Sequence record: SRR2962707_526
Reading direction: 5' to 3' (one strand)
Length of the DNA: 64,000 bases
The notes beneath the pieces were generated by a model. It did not search any database and was not told the origin of the DNA. It worked only from the letters and a program-made list of their open reading frames with translations. Below, one piece after another: positions 1 through 9,576 of this stretch. The position numbers were made by a program, and so were the translations under genes. Every line of letters starts with the position of its first letter. Positions within the stretch are counted from its first letter, which is position 1.

Positions 1-617
1 TGAAAAATGCAGATATCAGTGTGGTGTTGTTTGATTTAGGAGGGTTATTAGTCGACCTCGGCGATGTGAGTCAAATGCACGAAATGCTGAATACTGAAGG
101 AGAAGAGGCCGCGGTTTGGCTCAAATGGTTACGTTCTCCCACAGTGGCTGCGTTTGACTCTGGTCGGATTAGTTTTGATGAATTTGCTGAGCGATTACCA
201 GACGAAGTGGGCAGTTCCGTGGCGTCCGCGGTTTTTAAACAGGCGTTTCAAGCGTGGCCAAAAGGGTTGTTTGCGGGGGCATTAGAGTTAGTGCAATCGA
301 TAAAGCCACACTACCACAGAGCGGTGTTATCGAACACCAATGCTGCCCACTGGTCCCGCTTGATGAATGAAATGGGGCTTGCTGGAAATTTTCACAGTTA
401 TTTTGCTTCTCATTTGATAGGGTCGGTAAAGCCGGATCGCGCTATTTACGATTACGTGCTTGATGCATTACAGGTTGCACCAGACGAAATTTTGTTTATT
501 GATGACAATCAAATAAACATTGATATGGCACAATCAATGGGTATTCAGGCGTATCGCGTTAAGGGTGTTGAGGAAGCAAAAAGCGTATTAAATTCCTATA
601 ATGTATTGCAGGAATAG
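1..617 (+). CDS. HAD-superfamily phosphatase (YihX-like); true start probably 1 nt before the window (MKNADISVVLFD...)
   Basis: Motif I FDLGG, motif II LSNTN, KPD and motif IV FIDD. The frame is open back to the window edge (?TG AAA AAT). Confidence 0.85.
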   Translation, partial: KNADISVVLFDLGGLLVDLGDVSQMHEMLNTEGEEAAVWLKWLRSPTVAAFDSGRISFDEFAERLPDEVGSSVASAVFKQAFQAWPKGLFAGALELVQSIKPHYHRAVLSNTNAAHWSRLMNEMGLAGNFHSYFASHLIGSVKPDRAIYDYVLDALQVAPDEILFIDDNQINIDMAQSMGIQAYRVKGVEEAKSVLNSYNVLQE

Positions 618-713
618 ACGTTATTTGCTGATTAAAATAACAAGGTATTGCGCTCCCTTGACAGGAAGTCATTGTCGTCGAGATAGCAAAATAATTTGAA
701 TAGGGTATTTCTT

Positions 714-1454
714 ATGCGTTCTTTTGATGGGCAATCTTCAAGCATTTATTCGCGAGCACGACCGACCTACCCTGCCGAGCTGTATTATTGGCTTTCTCAG
801 CAAGTCAGCAGCGCAGGGGTAGTATGGGATGCCGCTTGCGGAACCGGCCAAGCCTCTATTGATTTGGCTGCGTATTTTGACAAAGTAGAAGCATCAGACA
901 TTAGTGAGTCGCAAATCGCTGAGGCCACCCCTCACAGAAAAGTAAACTACCGCGTTTTTCCTTCTGAAAAGACCGAATACCCTGATAACTATTTCGATGC
1001 GGTTTGCATTGGGCATGCCTTGCATTGGTTTGATTTGGATTTGTTTTGGCAAGAAGTGCAACGGGTTCTCAAACCTGGCGGTTTGTTTGTGTGTTGGGGG
1101 TACAACTGGTTTACCTTGGGAGAGCCAGAAGATTTGGTGATTTCTGAGCATGTATTGCCCTTGTTATCTTCTTACTGGCCTGTCAAAAGTCGCTTACTGT
1201 GGAATCAATACAAAGACATCCATTTCCCCTTTGAGGCGATTGAAGTGCCTCAATTTGATTTATATTGTAATTGGTCTGTTTCTCAAACCATGGACTTTAT
1301 TCGTTCTTGGACCGCGGCCCAATTGCGGATTCAAGATCAAGGCGATGACTTCTTGGTGGAAGCGAATCAAATGCTGCGCTCCGTATGGACTGACACTTCC
1401 CATAAGAAGCAAGTGAGCTTGCCTTTTTTTGTCAGAGCTGGGCGAATGAAATAA
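714..1454 (+). CDS. Class I SAM-dependent methyltransferase
   Basis: N-terminal YSRARPTYP, SAM motif WDAACGTGQ, ALHWFD and VLKPGG. ATG at 714. Confidence 0.85.
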   Translation: MRSFDGQSSSIYSRARPTYPAELYYWLSQQVSSAGVVWDAACGTGQASIDLAAYFDKVEASDISESQIAEATPHRKVNYRVFPSEKTEYPDNYFDAVCIGHALHWFDLDLFWQEVQRVLKPGGLFVCWGYNWFTLGEPEDLVISEHVLPLLSSYWPVKSRLLWNQYKDIHFPFEAIEVPQFDLYCNWSVSQTMDFIRSWTAAQLRIQDQGDDFLVEANQMLRSVWTDTSHKKQVSLPFFVRAGRMK

Positions 1455-1461
1455 GCATCGC

Positions 1462-1505
1462 TAAGACTAAAGTGGAATAGATCATAGAATTCAGCAAGCT
1501 ATAGT
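1462..1505 (+). promoter_or_regulatory. Candidate acs promoter: CrbR/ErdR-like imperfect inverted repeat (TAAGACTAAAGTGGAA) and -10 TATAGT
   Basis: GAC-N4-GTG near-palindrome at 1462-1477 and TATAGT at 1500-1505. Resemblance to the CrbR motif is from recall. Confidence 0.45.
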
Positions 1506-1547
1506 AGCTTAAGCATCCTTAAAACAACTTTAAAAATGGAGCGAGTT

Positions 1548-3512
1548 ATGACGTCATTATACAGTGATACTGCTAAAGAAGTGGCCAACAATGCCACTGT
1601 CAGCCAGGCAGAATTCGAAAAGCGTTACCAAGAATCCATCGACAACCCAGAGGCTTTTTGGGCGAAAGAAGGACAGCGTTTAGATTGGATCGCCCCTTAC
1701 AGTAAGGTGAAAAACACCTCGTTCGAACGTGGTAATGTCAGCATAAAATGGTTTGAGGATGGCACGCTAAATGTTGCCCACAACTGTATTGATCGCCATT
1801 TAGCAAAGCACGCTGATAAAGTTGCGTATTACCTTGAAAGCGATGAAGAAAATTCAGAAAAAACGGCCATTACCTACCAAACGCTACACGATGAAGTCGG
1901 CCGTTTAGCCAATGTGTTAAAACGTCAAGGTGTAGAGAAAGGCGATCGTGTCGCTATCTATATGCCGATGATCCCACAAGCCGTATACAGCATGTTAGCG
2001 TGTGCTCGTATTGGTGCGATTCACTCCGTTATTTTTGGTGGCTTTTCTGCCCACGCCATTGCCGACCGTTTAAATGATTGTGAAGTAAAAGTGGTCATTA
2101 CAGCGGATGAAGGCCGCCGCGCGGGCAATACTATTCCTTTAAAACACAACGTCGACATGGCGCTAGAAAACAACGCCTGCCCATCAGTAGAAAAAGTCAT
2201 CGCCTATCGTCACACCAATAAAGATGTGCCTTGGTTTGAAGGCCGAGATCTGGATTGGGCGGTGGAAGTGGCAAACGAAAGCACCGAATGCCCTGTTGAG
2301 CCGATGAACGCAGAAGACCCTTTGTTTATTCTTTATACCTCAGGGTCAACAGGCAAACCGAAAGGGGTCGTGCATACAACCGGTGGTTATTTGGTGTATG
2401 CCTCAATGACCCACGAATTGGTGTTTGACCTTAAACCCGATGATGTTTATTGGTGTGCAGCGGATGTCGGCTGGATCACAGGACACAGCTACATTGTGTA
2501 CGGACCTTTGGCTAACGCGGCGACAAGTATTTTGTTTGAAGGCGTACCGACTTGCCCAGATTCTGGCCGTATTGGCCGTGTTGTTGATAAATTCAATGTG
2601 TCTATTCTCTATACGGCACCGACAGCGATCCGAGCGTTAATGTCAAAAGGCGATGAAGCCACCCGTTCTAGTAAACGAGACTCTCTGCGTATTCTGGGGA
2701 GTGTGGGTGAGCCGATTAACCCAGAAGCTTGGTCTTGGTACTACACAGAAATTGGTCGTTCATCTTGCCCGGTGGTGGATACTTGGTGGCAAACCGAAAC
2801 CGGTGGCATGATGATGACACCGCGTATCGTACAAACCGATATTAAACCTGGCTCTTGTACTGGGCCTTTATTTGGGGTGCAGCCTGCCTTATTGGACGCA
2901 CAAGGTGTTCTGTTAGACGCTCAAGGTGTCAGAGTCGATGGTGGTTTGGTCATTACCGATTCTTGGCCTGGCCAAGCGCGCACCGTTTATGGTGATCATG
3001 AACGTTTTGAGCAAACCTATTTTAGTACGTTTGATGGCATGTATTTTACCGGTGATGGGGCGTCTCGAGACGAAGACGGTCATTACTGGATAACCGGTCG
3101 AATGGACGATGTATTAAACGTGTCTGGACACCGTTTGGGTACGGCTGAAATTGAAAGCGCGTTAGTTGCACACCCTTCTGTCGCAGAAGCGGCCATCGTT
3201 GGTTACCCACACGATATTAAAGGCCAAGGCATTTATGTGTATGTGGCTTTGGTGGATGGGATTGAGCCAAGCGATGAGCTGATGAAAGAATTGAAACAGT
3301 TTGTACGCAAAGAAATTGGTCCAATTGCGACACCAGACCTCATTCAATGGGCGACCAAAGGGCTGCCAAAAACCCGCTCAGGTAAGATCATGCGTCGTAT
3401 TTTGCGTAAGATTGCGGCCAATGAACAGGACCAATTAGGTGACACAAGTACCTTGGCGGATCCAAGTGTGGTTGATGATTTGATCGATAACCGTTTAAAT
3501 ATGAAATCTTAA
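1548..3512 (+). CDS. acs: Acetyl-CoA synthetase (AMP-forming)
   Basis: [21 protein letters not shown] and [11 protein letters not shown] (acetylation lysine). GGAG RBS precedes ATG 1548. Confidence 0.97.
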   Translation: MTSLYSDTAKEVANNATVSQAEFEKRYQESIDNPEAFWAKEGQRLDWIAPYSKVKNTSFERGNVSIKWFEDGTLNVAHNCIDRHLAKHADKVAYYLESDEENSEKTAITYQTLHDEVGRLANVLKRQGVEKGDRVAIYMPMIPQAVYSMLACARIGAIHSVIFGGFSAHAIADRLNDCEVKVVITADEGRRAGNTIPLKHNVDMALENNACPSVEKVIAYRHTNKDVPWFEGRDLDWAVEVANESTECPVEPMNAEDPLFILYTSGSTGKPKGVVHTTGGYLVYASMTHELVFDLKPDDVYWCAADVGWITGHSYIVYGPLANAATSILFEGVPTCPDSGRIGRVVDKFNVSILYTAPTAIRALMSKGDEATRSSKRDSLRILGSVGEPINPEAWSWYYTEIGRSSCPVVDTWWQTETGGMMMTPRIVQTDIKPGSCTGPLFGVQPALLDAQGVLLDAQGVRVDGGLVITDSWPGQARTVYGDHERFEQTYFSTFDGMYFTGDGASRDEDGHYWITGRMDDVLNVSGHRLGTAEIESALVAHPSVAEAAIVGYPHDIKGQGIYVYVALVDGIEPSDELMKELKQFVRKEIGPIATPDLIQWATKGLPKTRSGKIMRRILRKIAANEQDQLGDTSTLADPSVVDDLIDNRLNMKS

Positions 3513-3536
3513 TAACACTTAAAAAAAGAGTCGTTA

Positions 3537-4184
3537 GTGATTTCACTTATTATTGCAGATGATCATCCTCTGTTTCGCAGTGCGCTAAGCAGCGCATTGC
3601 GGGCAGAAATGAAAGGTATTTCCATTGAAGAAGCTTATGATCTGGATTCGACATTGCGCTGTTTACGGCAAATGGAGGATGTGGATCTGCTTCTTTTGGA
3701 CTTAAACATGCCCGGCAGTGGTGATTTATTCGGGCTTATTCGAATTCGCACCGACTTTCCTGATATTCCTGTTGCTGTGATTTCTGGCAGTGATGATGTG
3801 AGCATGGTGGCAAAAGTCATCGAAGCGGGGGCGCTGGGCTTTATTCCTAAGACCAGTGAACCGGTTCTTTATAGCAATGCCATTAACGCCATTTTAGCGG
3901 GAGACATTTGGCTTCCTGACTATCTAGAATCTGAATTACAAGATCAACCAAAACCTGATTTGAGCATGCAGCATCGAGTGGCGGAGTTAACGCCGCAGCA
4001 ATACAAGGTGCTTTGTTATCTTCATGAAGGGTTGTTGAATAAACAAATCGCCTATGAATTGTCGATTTCTGAAGCGACGGTGAAAGCGCACATAACAGCG
4101 ATCTTCCGTAAGCTTGAGATTAATAATCGTACGCAAGCGGTGCTGGTGGCCAGTGATTTGAAATTACAGATTGGTCACCCGTAA
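3537..4184 (+). CDS. NarL/LuxR-family response regulator (CrbR/ErdR-like)
   Basis: Receiver IADDHPLFR...LLDLNMPG...FIPK and LuxR HTH LNKQIAYEL...TVKAHITAIFRKL. Lies directly after acs. Confidence 0.9.
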   Translation: MISLIIADDHPLFRSALSSALRAEMKGISIEEAYDLDSTLRCLRQMEDVDLLLLDLNMPGSGDLFGLIRIRTDFPDIPVAVISGSDDVSMVAKVIEAGALGFIPKTSEPVLYSNAINAILAGDIWLPDYLESELQDQPKPDLSMQHRVAELTPQQYKVLCYLHEGLLNKQIAYELSISEATVKAHITAIFRKLEINNRTQAVLVASDLKLQIGHP

Positions 4185-4186
4185 CA

Positions 4187-4435
4187 CTACTTTTTGTCTT
4201 GCTCTTCTTGGCAGTGAGCACAAGGAGGCACAGGGTCCATACCACCTTCATGCCACGGGTGGCATTTGGCCAATCTTCTTACTCCTAGGTAAACGCCTTT
4301 TATGATGCCGAAGCGTTCAATGGCTTCGATCATATAACGAGAGCAACTTGGGTAGAATCGGCAATTATTGCCAAGCAGGGGGCTGATAATGAACTGATAG
4401 CCTCTTATCAACTTAATAAATAGGGTTTTTATCAT
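4187..4435 (-). CDS. yidD: Membrane protein insertion efficiency factor
   Basis: [17 protein letters not shown]...AI...G...RL.KCHPWH.GG.DPVP signature. Confidence 0.93.
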   Translation of the reverse strand: MIKTLFIKLIRGYQFIISPLLGNNCRFYPSCSRYMIEAIERFGIIKGVYLGVRRLAKCHPWHEGGMDPVPPCAHCQEEQDKK

Positions 4436-4501
4436 AAGGTTGCTTTGTCTTTTAAAACGCGGTCTAGTGGTGGTTCCTACTCACATAAAAACGAATATAC
4501 C

Positions 4502-5374
4502 ATGTCAGAACAGATTACTCATTTTGATGCGACTCAGGTTGTGGCCTATCAAGGCGAGCCGGGCGCTTACTCTCATCTAGCCTGTAAACAAACATTCCCG
4601 AACTGGAAGAGCGTTAACTGTGCCACCTTTGCAGACGCCTTGCAAATGGTTGAGCAGGGCAGTGCGTATTACGCCATGATCCCCGTCGAGAATTCCACCG
4701 CAGGCCGAGTAGAAGAAATTTATCGTGAGCTGAGGCGCACTCAGTTGTATGTGGTGAAAGAGCACTTTGAACCGGTCAATCATTGTTTAATGGCACGTCA
4801 TGGGATGACGCTGGAGCAGGTAAAACGGATTGGTAGCCACCCGCAAGCACTGGCGCAATGTGATAGCAATATCAAAGCATTGGGGGCGAAAAATCTTGCC
4901 ATGTACGACACCGCCGGTGCGGCAAAGCACATTGCCGAACAAGAGGAAGCTGACTTAGCAGTTATTTCCTCAGAGCTGGCCGCTGAGTTGTACGGGCTAA
5001 ATATACTAAAAACCCACTTTAATGACACTCAAGGCAACACGACGCGTTTTTTGGTGTTTGCGAAGCAGCAGAAAATGCCGGTTTTTGAAGTGCAACAGAC
5101 TTACATCACTTCTTTTATGTTTCGCGTGCGAAATATTCCTGCGGCACTGTATAAAGCCATGGGGGGCTTTGCGACGAACGGCATTAACATGTTGAAACTG
5201 GAAAGTTACATGGTGAATGGGCATTTTACGGCGACTCAGTTTTACGTCGATGTGGAAGCGCATTTTCAAGACCCTGCGATGCAAAGTGCGTTGGAGGAGT
5301 TGCGTTTTTTCTCAGAAGAAATTCGACTGTTAGGCACGTATTACGCGGATGAATATCGCGCCAAAAGTAAGTGA
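4502..5374 (+). CDS. pheA: Monofunctional prephenate dehydratase with ACT domain
   Basis: AYQGEPGAYS, PVENS, SHPQALAQC, NTTRF and KLESY. No N-terminal chorismate mutase domain. Confidence 0.9.
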   Translation: MSEQITHFDATQVVAYQGEPGAYSHLACKQTFPNWKSVNCATFADALQMVEQGSAYYAMIPVENSTAGRVEEIYRELRRTQLYVVKEHFEPVNHCLMARHGMTLEQVKRIGSHPQALAQCDSNIKALGAKNLAMYDTAGAAKHIAEQEEADLAVISSELAAELYGLNILKTHFNDTQGNTTRFLVFAKQQKMPVFEVQQTYITSFMFRVRNIPAALYKAMGGFATNGINMLKLESYMVNGHFTATQFYVDVEAHFQDPAMQSALEELRFFSEEIRLLGTYYADEYRAKSK

Positions 5375-5463
5375 ATGTGCGAAGAGCTGCAAGGCTGCGA
5401 CAGTCTTAAGCGATTTTATCTAGATTCTCGCTTATGGACTTTTCATTAATCTGTAAGAAAACC

Positions 5464-5570
5464 GTGTTACCTATGTTGTTAAGCGGGTATTGATACTCTG
5501 TGTTAATCGACCATATAAAGTGTGGGTTGACACAGAATGCCCATGTTTAGCACGACTGACATAGGTACAT
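5464..5570 (+). ncRNA. Putative structured 5' leader (long irregular hairpin) covering the RBS of the downstream glycosyltransferase
   Basis: About 40 bp of stacked helices with many G-U pairs on the + strand; details in findings. Confidence 0.55.
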
Positions 5571-5576
5571 CATCTA

Positions 5577-6380
5577 ATGAATAATTCCTTCAAAATGGTC
5601 GCTAATCGCAGTATTCGTTTGTGCGGTAATCTGGTGAAAATATTCTCTTATCCGTTCCATTTTATTTTTCCTAACCTGCGTTTTACCCTCCCTGACTACT
5701 CTAAAGCCAAGATTACCACTCATAACCGATCCGCTATTCCTAAGGTTATTTGGCAGACTAATTATTCCAATCGCTGTACCTTACCCGTCTATGTGAACTA
5801 CCTTTTTAATCGTATGATGTCGCTGGATTACGATTACCGTTATGTCAGTACAGAGGCGCGGGAGAGGTTTATGAAAGAGCAGGCTCCTGTTGAAGTGTAC
5901 CGAGCCTATTTGAAACTCAATGACGGCGCTGCGCAGGCGGATCTGTGGCGAGCCGTGAACTTATACGTCAATGGTGGTGTGTACATTGACATAGACGCAT
6001 CACTTGTGTGGCCGCTTAGCCAAACGCTAAAAGAAGATCACGATGCCTTGTATATTAAGTTTAAGAAGAACAATACAGAGTTCACCAATTTCTTTTTAGC
6101 GGCCACACCGAACAATCATCACTACCAATGTGCTATCGATAAAATTGTCTCCAACATTAACCGTTATCGAATATTGAAAAAGAAAGGCGTTTATAACACC
6201 ACTGGGCCGACTGTATGGAATGAGGTGTTAGAGGGAGAAGTCGTCGCGAGTTTGCCAAGAGGTTATGTTTGTATTCAAGGGGCTTTTACCAATGAGCACT
6301 TTCAATATCTCGATAAGCCGAAAGGCAAATGGACACATCTTCATGACGATGACCTGATTAAGGTCGCTCCTAGTCGCTAA
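5577..6380 (+). CDS. DxD-motif glycosyltransferase (GT32/OCH1-like)
   Basis: IPKVIWQT, AAQADLWR, GGVYIDID and TTGP motifs. Confidence 0.85.
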   Translation: MNNSFKMVANRSIRLCGNLVKIFSYPFHFIFPNLRFTLPDYSKAKITTHNRSAIPKVIWQTNYSNRCTLPVYVNYLFNRMMSLDYDYRYVSTEARERFMKEQAPVEVYRAYLKLNDGAAQADLWRAVNLYVNGGVYIDIDASLVWPLSQTLKEDHDALYIKFKKNNTEFTNFFLAATPNNHHYQCAIDKIVSNINRYRILKKKGVYNTTGPTVWNEVLEGEVVASLPRGYVCIQGAFTNEHFQYLDKPKGKWTHLHDDDLIKVAPSR

Positions 6381-6405
6381 CACAAACCACGTTTATTGCG
6401 CTTAT

Positions 6406-6433
6406 TAAAACGCCCTGAGAACAGGGCGTTTTA
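6406..6433. terminator. Bidirectional intrinsic terminator
   Basis: TAAAACGCCCTG-agaa-CAGGGCGTTTTA between convergent genes. Confidence 0.85.
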
Positions 6434-6440
6434 TGGGCGG

Positions 6441-7205
6441 TTATTTGCTTAAAAAACGTTTTACCAAACCCGTAAATACGGCGGGTTTTTCGGCGTGCAA
6501 CCAATGGCCTGTGTCTGGGATCATTTTGAATTCTGCGTTAGGAAAGAGCGCCATGATGGCGCTTTGGTAATCGGCCACTATGTAGTTCGACTTTTCCCCT
6601 TTGATAAACAGCGTTGGCGTATCGATGGGCGTAGTAATCTCTGGTTTTTGTAGAATCGTGGCGTAACTGTTGGCGATGTTGTCGAGAGAGAGCACCAAAC
6701 TTAAACCTTTGTCTGTTTTTGTAAGATTTTTCAGTAAGAACTGTCTAATAGGCAGGCTTGGTTCGAATTGGCTCAATAAGGTGTCGGCTTGTTTGCGCGA
6801 TTGAAGGTCTGCTTGGTCAATGGCTTTTAGGCCTTTGAATATGTCGGTGTGGCCTGGCTGATAATCCACAGGGGAAATGTCTGCGATAATCAGCTTTTTC
6901 ACTTGGTTTGGCTTGGCCATGGCGGCCATCTGCATGGCAACTTTTCCGCCCATTGAGTGTCCGAGAAGAGAGAAGGAGGACAGCTGAGTTGAATTGGCCC
7001 ACGCTAGAATAGCGCTGGCCATTTTAGGGTAGCTGGCTTCTTCTAACGCAGAGGACTTGCCATGATTGGGCAAATCTAAGCAATACACAGTAAAGTGTTC
7101 AGCAAGAGATTGCGCGATAGAGTGCCAGTTGTCTGCGTTGCCAAAAAGGCCATGAATGATGACAAGGGCAGGGCCAGATTCACCGTATTGTTTTGCGTGT
7201 ATCAT
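6441..7205 (-). CDS. ybfF: Alpha/beta-hydrolase esterase (YbfF-like)
   Basis: HGLFG..DNW, DLPNHG.S, GHSMGGK, RQFLLKNL and GHWLHAEKP. Confidence 0.85.
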   Translation of the reverse strand: MIHAKQYGESGPALVIIHGLFGNADNWHSIAQSLAEHFTVYCLDLPNHGKSSALEEASYPKMASAILAWANSTQLSSFSLLGHSMGGKVAMQMAAMAKPNQVKKLIIADISPVDYQPGHTDIFKGLKAIDQADLQSRKQADTLLSQFEPSLPIRQFLLKNLTKTDKGLSLVLSLDNIANSYATILQKPEITTPIDTPTLFIKGEKSNYIVADYQSAIMALFPNAEFKMIPDTGHWLHAEKPAVFTGLVKRFLSK

Positions 7206-7292
7206 AATAACCTTATTGTTCAACATCGAATTTAACCTATTGTAACAAGTCTTTAGACTGTTCGCTTCCATTCAAACAAGGCACTTATTTTC

Positions 7293-7898
7293 ATGTTAGA
7301 TACCTTTTTTATTCGAAATTTAAAACAACCATTAGCCCGCTTAGCGAAAGGCTTGGATGCACTCGGCGTCACGGCCAATGGCATTACAGTGGTCGGTTTT
7401 CTGTTTGGCATTTTAGTCTTGCCAGCCCTCTATTTTGAGATGACCTTTGTGGCGCTGTTGTTGATTGTGTTCAATCGCGCGATGGATGGATTGGATGGCG
7501 CGGTGGCGCGTATTCAAGGACCAACCGATTTGGGTGGTTATTTAGACATTACGTTGGATTTTATTTTTTATTCCGCGGTGGTGTTTGGTTTCGCGTTGAT
7601 GAACCCTGCTGAAAATGCCTTGGCTGCCAGCTTTTTGATTTTTGCGTTTATGGGCACGGGAAGCAGCTTTTTAGCCTTTGCCATCATGGCGGAAAAACGC
7701 AATATCGAGCGTTTAGACTATGGTCGCAAGTCGCTTTATTTTTTAGGAGGCTTAACAGAAGGCACAGAGACAATCTTGTTCTTGCTGCTTATTTGTCTGC
7801 TACCTAGTTACTTTTCAGTGTTGGCTTATGTGTTTGGGGCGGCGTGTTGGGTAACGACAGCAACTCGTCTCTACGCAGGTTACCGGACTTTGTCTTAG
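7293..7898 (+). CDS. CDP-alcohol phosphatidyltransferase family protein (YnjF-like)
   Basis: DGLDGAVAR...GGYLD..LD signature, GGLTEGTET, hydrophobic. Confidence 0.85.
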   Translation: MLDTFFIRNLKQPLARLAKGLDALGVTANGITVVGFLFGILVLPALYFEMTFVALLLIVFNRAMDGLDGAVARIQGPTDLGGYLDITLDFIFYSAVVFGFALMNPAENALAASFLIFAFMGTGSSFLAFAIMAEKRNIERLDYGRKSLYFLGGLTEGTETILFLLLICLLPSYFSVLAYVFGAACWVTTATRLYAGYRTLS

Positions 7899-7939
7899 GC
7901 GCTATGTGTGCCTTGCTCTAGGGGGAGTGTGATGAAGGG

Positions 7940-7965
7940 CTGGCCATTGACAATGCAATGGCCAG
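7940..7965. terminator. Hairpin between convergent genes
   Basis: CTGGCCATTG-acaatg-CAATGGCCAG perfect 10-bp stem. Confidence 0.6.
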
Positions 7966-7986
7966 AATATCTTTATCTATGGGGGG

Positions 7987-8283
7987 TTATTCGTGGAAAA
8001 ACGCGATTTCAATGTCGCTTTTTACGATTGCACAGCAGGCAAGCATGTAGCCACTGTGAACCCAAGCGAGGGGCTCAAATGGGTATTCCACCTGACCCCA
8101 TAAGAGTTTGATTGAGCAAGATGAGCAGTAACCTTCGCGGCATTGATATTCTATGTGAATACCGGCTCTTTCAAGCTGAGGGAGCAAAGGCTCGTCTTCA
8201 GTGACGAGAAACTGCTGCTTGCCCAATAATACTCGATGGACTTGGTCTTTAGACGGCGTACCTTGTTTAGAGGTCGAAGTCAT
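7987..8283 (-). CDS. yfaE: 2Fe-2S ferredoxin for class Ia RNR maintenance
   Basis: [12 protein letters not shown]...LACC; overlaps the nrdB end. Confidence 0.9.
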   Translation of the reverse strand: MTSTSKQGTPSKDQVHRVLLGKQQFLVTEDEPLLPQLERAGIHIEYQCREGYCSSCSIKLLWGQVEYPFEPLAWVHSGYMLACCAIVKSDIEIAFFHE

Positions 8284-9400
8284 CGAAGTCTGAATCGTCT
8301 AAGTTATTGTCTGTTTGACCTACCAAGTAAGAGCTGATTTCCGCTTCTTGTGGCGCCACTTGTACGTTGTCACTGACTAACCAAGCATTGATCCAAGGAA
8401 TTGGGTTGTGCTTAGTACCGAAGCAAGCGTCTAGACCCACTGCCTGCATGCGCACATTGGTAATGTATTCAACATATTGGCCAAGAATTTGTGCATTCAA
8501 ACCAATCATTGAACCATCTTTAAAGAGGTAGCTTGCCCATTCTTTTTCTTGCTCGGCGGCTTCTATGAAGATGTTGCGAACTTCTTCTTGGCATTCTGCT
8601 GCAATAACAGCCATTTCTGGGTCATCTTTGCCTGATGCCATTAGGTTCAGCATGTGCTGGGTGCCCGTTAGGTGAAGGGCTTCATCGCGAGCGATCAGTT
8701 TGATGATCTTAGCGTTGCCTTCCATGAGTGTGCGTTCGGCAAACGCAAAGCTACACGCGAAGCTCACGTAGAAACGAATGGCTTCTAAAACGTTTACCGA
8801 CGCAATGGTTAGATAGAGGGCTTTTTTAAGCGTCGGCATTGAGATCTCAACATTGCCTTTGCCTGGAATATGATGCGTGCCCATGCCTAGCGTGTTGTAC
8901 AAACTCACCATTTCAATCAAACGGTCATAGTAGACAGAGACGCTGTCTGCGCGTTTGGTGATTTCCGTGTTGACGGTAATATCGTCAAAAATGACGGTCG
9001 GATCATTGACGATATTACGAATAATATGAGTGTAAGAACGGCTGTGGATGGTCTCACTGAAAGACCATGTTTCAATCCAAGTTTCTAATTCAGGTAGAGA
9101 AACAATCGGTAATAACGCGACATTCGGTGAGCGGCCTTGCACACTGTCTAGCAAGGTTTGGTATTTCAGGTTGCTCAAAAAGATGTGTTGTTCATGCTCT
9201 GCCAATCGTTGGAAATCTTTGCGATCGCTAGAAAGATCCACTTCTTCTGGGCGCCAAAAGAAAGACAATTGTTTTTCAATCAGCTTTTCAAAAATAGGGT
9301 GTTTTTGCTGGTCGTAGCGAGCAACATTGACATTTTCACCAAAGAACATAGGTTCTTTCATACTATCGAATTGCTTGCGGTTAAAAGTCGAGTAACTCAT
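8267..9400 (-). CDS. nrdB: Class Ia ribonucleotide reductase beta subunit
   Basis: [20 protein letters not shown] (radical Tyr), IARDEALH and [11 protein letters not shown]. Confidence 0.98.
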   Translation of the reverse strand: MSYSTFNRKQFDSMKEPMFFGENVNVARYDQQKHPIFEKLIEKQLSFFWRPEEVDLSSDRKDFQRLAEHEQHIFLSNLKYQTLLDSVQGRSPNVALLPIVSLPELETWIETWSFSETIHSRSYTHIIRNIVNDPTVIFDDITVNTEITKRADSVSVYYDRLIEMVSLYNTLGMGTHHIPGKGNVEISMPTLKKALYLTIASVNVLEAIRFYVSFACSFAFAERTLMEGNAKIIKLIARDEALHLTGTQHMLNLMASGKDDPEMAVIAAECQEEVRNIFIEAAEQEKEWASYLFKDGSMIGLNAQILGQYVEYITNVRMQAVGLDACFGTKHNPIPWINAWLVSDNVQVAPQEAEISSYLVGQTDNNLDDSDFDDFDL

Positions 9401-9488
9401 TGCTCAGGGGATTCCTTAAATTCGTCAGGCATTCTAGAGAGGAAGGCCTTAGAGAGTGATTAATTTTCTGTTTCGCTTTACACAACTA

Positions 9489-9509
9489 AGCCCCATCTAG
9501 GATGGGGCT
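9489..9509 (-). terminator. Hairpin between nrdA and nrdB (terminator or mRNA-stabilising stem)
   Basis: AGCCCCATC-tag-GATGGGGCT. Confidence 0.55.
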
Positions 9510-9576
9510 CGTGTCTGCGCTATTTCAACGGTATTAGTTTACCAATAACGCAGGGTCTGTAAGACAAATATCAGAC

